From an uncultured archaeon (GTDB lineage: Archaea > Asgardarchaeota > Thorarchaeia > Thorarchaeales > Thorarchaeaceae), in NCBI GenBank assembly GCA_964648855.1, contig CAZYLT010000028.1:1-20046 (forward strand): a stretch of 20,046 bases of DNA, written 5' to 3'. The first letter of the stretch is position 1. Each line of letters begins with the position of its first letter. The notes below the pieces were generated by a model, which ran no database searches, had not been told where the DNA came from, and was given only the letters and a program-made list of their open reading frames with translations. Below are positions 16,091 through 20,046 of this stretch, in pieces. Both the position numbers and the translations under genes were made by a program.

Positions 16091-17605
16091 TTGGCAACGC
16101 AGAAGAAGATGGATTATCAACTTGGGGCCATATTGAGTATCGAGTCGAATTACCCACTGGATATGTGGATTGTTCTTCCTTCTCAAAGGGGGACATCACT
16201 AAAGGCGGCTCTACTCTCAGAACAAGAGAGCGTCTATTTGAGAGCTGGGTTTCATCGCTGCGTCATTGACCCCAATAAGCTGGCAGATATGGCAAGAGAG
16301 GCAATAAGACATCACCAGAGAGTGCCCCTTGCTTTATCAGAAGTACAGCGGGAAACAATCCTTTGGATGCAGGATGAGGATGATGCAGAGTGGCAAGTGA
16401 TGGGGTTGCTGCAGTACGGCCGTCCTCCCCGGGGCATGGTTGCACCGATTCGCTGGATTAGACTCAGTCGGCACCATCCAGACTTCATAGTATCTGAATC
16501 ACGTCCTAAGCACGTTACAATCCCCCCGGACTTCGATGAACAGGTGGACGAGCTGCTCAATGAGATTGCTTCTTATGAGGTGGAAACTGAAGAAGTTGAC
16601 TGTTACATCACCATTAACAACAAGAGAGACGTGTATCAAGTCATCCACAGAAGTGGAGATGCATCATGCAGAGGCATAGAGACCTCCTACACACAGGAGG
16701 TCATCGAGTATCTCAGATCTCCGTTCGGGACTGGGACATTTCCCTCAAATGAGGATGGGACTACCTTAGTGTGGGATCATCTAAAAGATGTGGAGTATCC
16801 CGACGTTGAGATTGGAACCAAAGATAATCCCCGGACGGTCAATATGTCCTTTCTGAAGCCATTTGTTCATAGGTCCACCTTCTATCCGGATGTCTTTTTA
16901 TTACCCGAAACTTGCAGGGGCCTGCTGGATATGAGAGAGGGGGAGGAATGCACCTTAATGATCCGAGAAGACAAATCTCTTGTCGAACATCGCGTATTCG
17001 ATAGATTCCGGGTAGAGTTCAAGGGGCTGGAAGGCGATTCTTCTCTCAAACGGTTGGAGCAGGTGACTATGCACATATTCGATGTCGCTCTTCTAGCCGA
17101 GTGCAAGCAGCTTGTCGATACCAGGGCAGGAGGTTATCATCCGGTGGAGATAGAATTGGGAGAGATTGATGTCTCCCGACTTCCGCATCTCTCAGAGTAT
17201 GAACGGCTGAACTCAATCATTGAAGAAACCATCCTTATGGCTGAGCTTGACGATGACTGTGAGTATGAGAGGGGACCCGTTTCTGATGAGGATGCGTGGG
17301 GCGTGGATGAGGAGTTGGTTTTCCTAAGCTCTCATATTAAGGTCGGAAGAAGAGGTCTCGTCACAATCATTGCTAGATTGGCACTAGAATCAGATGAGGA
17401 CAATTATGATGACATTGTCATCGTTGAGAATCTGAGCCAGCATGTACGAGAGGGCGATGTTGTGTCCAATTCGATCTGGGAAGAGATAGACCATCGACTA
17501 GGACATCTTGACATCTCTAGTGTGGAGATGGACCGCGTTTATGAAGAAGTCGAGGAGATAATAGAAAAGAGAGGTCTCTCGCTGTCAGATGAGGAGTTTT
17601 TCTAG
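16091..17605 (+). CDS. Stand-alone paralog of the C-terminal 498 aa of the 1690-aa protein (ATG 16109 possible); may be a 5'-truncated gene
   Basis: 16109-17605 (+) and 4302-2806 (-) are both 1497 nt from MDYQ to the stop codon. 41 of the first 60 aa are identical, with shared blocks to the end (e.g. REGDVVSNSIWEEIDHR). Confidence 0.88.
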   Translation: MATQKKMDYQLGAILSIESNYPLDMWIVLPSQRGTSLKAALLSEQESVYLRAGFHRCVIDPNKLADMAREAIRHHQRVPLALSEVQRETILWMQDEDDAEWQVMGLLQYGRPPRGMVAPIRWIRLSRHHPDFIVSESRPKHVTIPPDFDEQVDELLNEIASYEVETEEVDCYITINNKRDVYQVIHRSGDASCRGIETSYTQEVIEYLRSPFGTGTFPSNEDGTTLVWDHLKDVEYPDVEIGTKDNPRTVNMSFLKPFVHRSTFYPDVFLLPETCRGLLDMREGEECTLMIREDKSLVEHRVFDRFRVEFKGLEGDSSLKRLEQVTMHIFDVALLAECKQLVDTRAGGYHPVEIELGEIDVSRLPHLSEYERLNSIIEETILMAELDDDCEYERGPVSDEDAWGVDEELVFLSSHIKVGRRGLVTIIARLALESDEDNYDDIVIVENLSQHVREGDVVSNSIWEEIDHRLGHLDISSVEMDRVYEEVEEIIEKRGLSLSDEEFF

Positions 17606-17779
17606 ACTAAACTTATGTTTATTGAATCTTAATCAATCAACGAGAAGGAATGACTCTATTCGACTAAAAACACGGCTTTAGAAAATAGCTTGCTGCAACT
17701 AGAAGATATCAAAGGTAACGAAACTTGACCAAATAACCAAATATCACATCCCATAATGCAGATTCTATGATTGCAAGAA

Positions 17780-17801
17780 CTGTCATCCTGAAGGATGGCA
17801 G
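17780..17801. terminator. Hairpin between convergent transcription units
   Basis: CTGTCATCC-TGAA-GGATGGCAG, a 9-bp stem with one G-U pair on the + strand. Confidence 0.3.
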
Positions 17802-17835
17802 AAGAATCTCTCGTTCTGTACCACCATCAGATTGG

Positions 17836-18099
17836 TCATCCAATTAGGCAGAATACGTGGACCCAAATGGCTACAACAAACAGTAGTGTTAAAGCAGCTG
17901 TGGAGAATGTCAAATAAAACCACATTTCAATGGCACGGAGCCTATTGGTCACATTCAGCAAAGACAGCTCGTCGTTGTCTTCCAACGACAAGTTGGTCAG
18001 CTTCTCTTTCGCCCATATGACGAAACCACCATGCTGTATTGTACAATCAAGTTTTCTTGGATAGCAGTCACTGTGATAGTTGCCGGCAGAGAGATTCAA
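17836..18099 (-). CDS. Possible small membrane protein; start uncertain
   Basis: Hydrophobic C-terminal segment (WFYLTFSTAALTLLFVVAIWVHVFCLIG); directly downstream of the flavodoxin gene on the same strand. Confidence 0.35.
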   Translation of the reverse strand: MNLSAGNYHSDCYPRKLDCTIQHGGFVIWAKEKLTNLSLEDNDELSLLNVTNRLRAIEMWFYLTFSTAALTLLFVVAIWVHVFCLIG

Positions 18100-18100
18100 G

Positions 18101-18574
18101 TCACTCTGTTAATTCCCGGGCAAATAGCTCACCGAACCTTCTGCCATGTTCAAGCTCATTTGTACCTAACGGCCCTTTGGAGCCAACTACTAGAGAAGTT
18201 AGCCCGGGGGCGAAAATCTCGGCGCCCGGCGCATTATCTCGAACCATATTCTCAATCTGCTCCACAGCATTTCCCTTATGGGTGTCAGATTGGTAGGTTT
18301 CGAAGGCACCAACTAGCTTTCCATCTAGCTCTTTCTTTGCCAGTTTCTTGACAGATCCCTTGATACCTCGAGTTGCTCTGAAAAAGTGTATTGGACAGCC
18401 AAACAATACTCCATCATATGCTGACATGTCCACCGGATCCAGTTCTCTGATGCCCAGAACCGTTGACTCAGCCTGTTCATTCTCATCTATTCCAGCAGCA
18501 ATCTCTCTTGCGAGCTGCTTAGTATTTCCATATTTCGTGTCACATACAACCAGAACCCGTTTCATATCAACCAC
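18101..18574 (-). CDS. Flavodoxin domain protein
   Basis: FMN-binding loop VVCDTKYGNTKQLAREIA, YDGVLFGCP, GKLVGAFETY. Confidence 0.9.
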   Translation of the reverse strand: MVDMKRVLVVCDTKYGNTKQLAREIAAGIDENEQAESTVLGIRELDPVDMSAYDGVLFGCPIHFFRATRGIKGSVKKLAKKELDGKLVGAFETYQSDTHKGNAVEQIENMVRDNAPGAEIFAPGLTSLVVGSKGPLGTNELEHGRRFGELFARELTE

Positions 18575-18625
18575 CGACTAGCATAGTTTACAAATTATCT
18601 CAAAAACATGATGGCATCCAATTTG

Positions 18626-19732
18626 TCAATTCCAAATATCGATTTCTTGATAGTCACTCAGGCATGGAGGACCACGAGATATTAGCAGAACTGAGTTGCT
18701 CATATCGATGACCATCGAAGCGTTGGTCTGTATCTGGTTAAGCTTCGGCAGCTTCTCATCAGGATGACGGCAAATTGAATGAGGGCGACTGAAATGATCC
18801 TTGAGAAGATTCTTCACACTATCCATCGTCGAAGGCTCTTTCTCCGAAGATAGAATCTTATCAGCACGATGTTTGCGAACAACTGTATCCGGCGATTGTT
18901 TCACCTTGTAATCGGTTATCTGGGGATTTTTCGATACAAAATGATTGGTATGCGTCAAGAAACCATCTTCAGGAAAGAGGAAATCAACCGTATGCGGTGC
19001 CGCTTCAATATCAATGCACTCGCCATCAACATGTGTAATCAGATAATTATGAGATGAGCATCTTTTTGGTGCTGTGATTGCTCGTATCGCATCCGCGTAG
19101 TTTGAGCTATTGAGGACACCCCGTTTGAGCACAAGATGAGGTACGCCATTCATGGACCACCCACCTGAGAGCAACGAATTCGCACAGAGCCCAATTCCCG
19201 CTGAATTGACCCCATTTCCACCGATGGTTCCAGCCTCAGAGAATTGTAGGATATTTGGTCCTACATCCTGTTCGATTCTTAGAAGGATATGGAAGGGTTG
19301 GAAGAGCTCGTTCCAATCATCATTTTGACCAATGATGGTGTTCTTCTTTTCGGTCCGAGTAGGAAGCATAGAAACAGTGGTACATCCACTCCATACTCCA
19401 TCTATACTCAGACTGAAGAATTCATATACTACGTTTAGGAAGAGCACAATCTCAAAAGCAATATCTGCACCAGCAGCGATGCCGCGCATCTCTTCTATGA
19501 TGGAAGAATCATATGCTTCAATATATGAATGGAATTCTTGGGCTTTTTCAACAATCTGAGCCCAAGAATATCCAAAATACCCCTGGTCCTTTACGAGGCG
19601 TTGTAAGGTATCTATTCTTTTTTGGATAATCGTCCTGCAGTTTGAACCATATTTTTTCCCTCGCTCATATGAATCTCCATTTATTGTAAAAAGGGGAAAT
19701 GAAGTCAAGGAAATCATGGCATCCTGAAACAC
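18626..19732 (-). CDS. C45-family peptidase / acyl-CoA:6-APA acyltransferase-like Ntn hydrolase
   Basis: G.SYERG..YG, EEMRGIAAGA, autocleavage site GCTT, GQNDDW, GVNSAGI, HTNHF, SICRH. Confidence 0.92.
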   Translation of the reverse strand: MFQDAMISLTSFPLFTINGDSYERGKKYGSNCRTIIQKRIDTLQRLVKDQGYFGYSWAQIVEKAQEFHSYIEAYDSSIIEEMRGIAAGADIAFEIVLFLNVVYEFFSLSIDGVWSGCTTVSMLPTRTEKKNTIIGQNDDWNELFQPFHILLRIEQDVGPNILQFSEAGTIGGNGVNSAGIGLCANSLLSGGWSMNGVPHLVLKRGVLNSSNYADAIRAITAPKRCSSHNYLITHVDGECIDIEAAPHTVDFLFPEDGFLTHTNHFVSKNPQITDYKVKQSPDTVVRKHRADKILSSEKEPSTMDSVKNLLKDHFSRPHSICRHPDEKLPKLNQIQTNASMVIDMSNSVLLISRGPPCLSDYQEIDIWN

Positions 19733-20046
19733 CTATACCAGAGTATGAACTGTTTTATCTGTTTTCCCACTTTGCTCTGTCGTTTTTTCTGGATGTCTAT
19801 GTGCAAATAAAACAACTACGAGCCCTGCAAGTTCGATGACTCCAGCTATCATGAATGCCAGCACAAAACCATTGGAAACTAAGATAGACCCCAAAATCAA
19901 GGGTCCTGTAATCATTCCAAGGTTCCCCATGAAATTGAAGAAACCCATTCCAGTTGCGGTATCCTTGGTTTTCGTAACATCTCCAACCCAAGCAAGAGTG
20001 GGTGGAGCAGTCAGTCCAGAGAAAGCGCCCAGTAGCATGAGAGCAA
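19733..20046 (-). CDS. MFS transporter, C-terminal part (runs off the window)
   Basis: Hydrophobic helices with A.VGD......ATGMGFFN...NLG...GP..LG, typical of the MFS C-terminal half; the stop codon abuts the C45 start. Confidence 0.85.
   Translation of the reverse strand, partial: ALMLLGAFSGLTAPPTLAWVGDVTKTKDTATGMGFFNFMGNLGMITGPLILGSILVSNGFVLAFMIAGVIELAGLVVVLFAHRHPEKTTEQSGKTDKTVHTLV

Noticed and set aside
15914-16186. 90-aa minus-strand ORF and the other short ORFs nested in or antisense to long genes
   Set aside because: They overlap better-supported genes and lack motifs or ribosome-binding sites.
18626-19732. Penicillin biosynthesis cluster suggested by the C45 acyltransferase-like gene
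   Set aside because: C45 Ntn hydrolases are widespread; no ACV synthetase or isopenicillin N synthase is present, only an MFS transporter and a flavodoxin-like gene.

Overview
Archaeal DNA, judged from a tRNA-His gene with a bulge-helix-bulge (BHB) intron, TATA/BRE-type promoters and AGGTG/GGAG ribosome-binding sites; an Asgard/Thorarchaeia-like host is only a guess. About 17.6 kb is a defence/mobile-type island centred on an intron-containing tRNA-His(GUG) at 10078-10173 (-). Left of the tRNA: an inverted, 3'-truncated second tRNA-His copy with a different intron (1-61), a TcmP-like methyltransferase plus radical-SAM pair, a 1690-aa protein with a RecB-like PD-(D/E)xK nuclease motif, a degenerate P-loop and a long C-terminal region, and a stand-alone TnpB. 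The TnpB has the rearranged, Fanzor-type RuvC-II site and structured non-coding RNA on both sides. Right of the tRNA: a convergent type II restriction-modification pair, an unannotated two-gene operon ending in a Zn-finger + Mrr-like nuclease, a small hypothetical gene, and a stand-alone, equal-length paralog of the last 498 aa of the giant protein in the opposite orientation. The last 2.3 kb are ordinary genes (flavodoxin-like protein, C45 peptidase, partial MFS transporter). All calls come from reading motifs by eye; no database searches were run.
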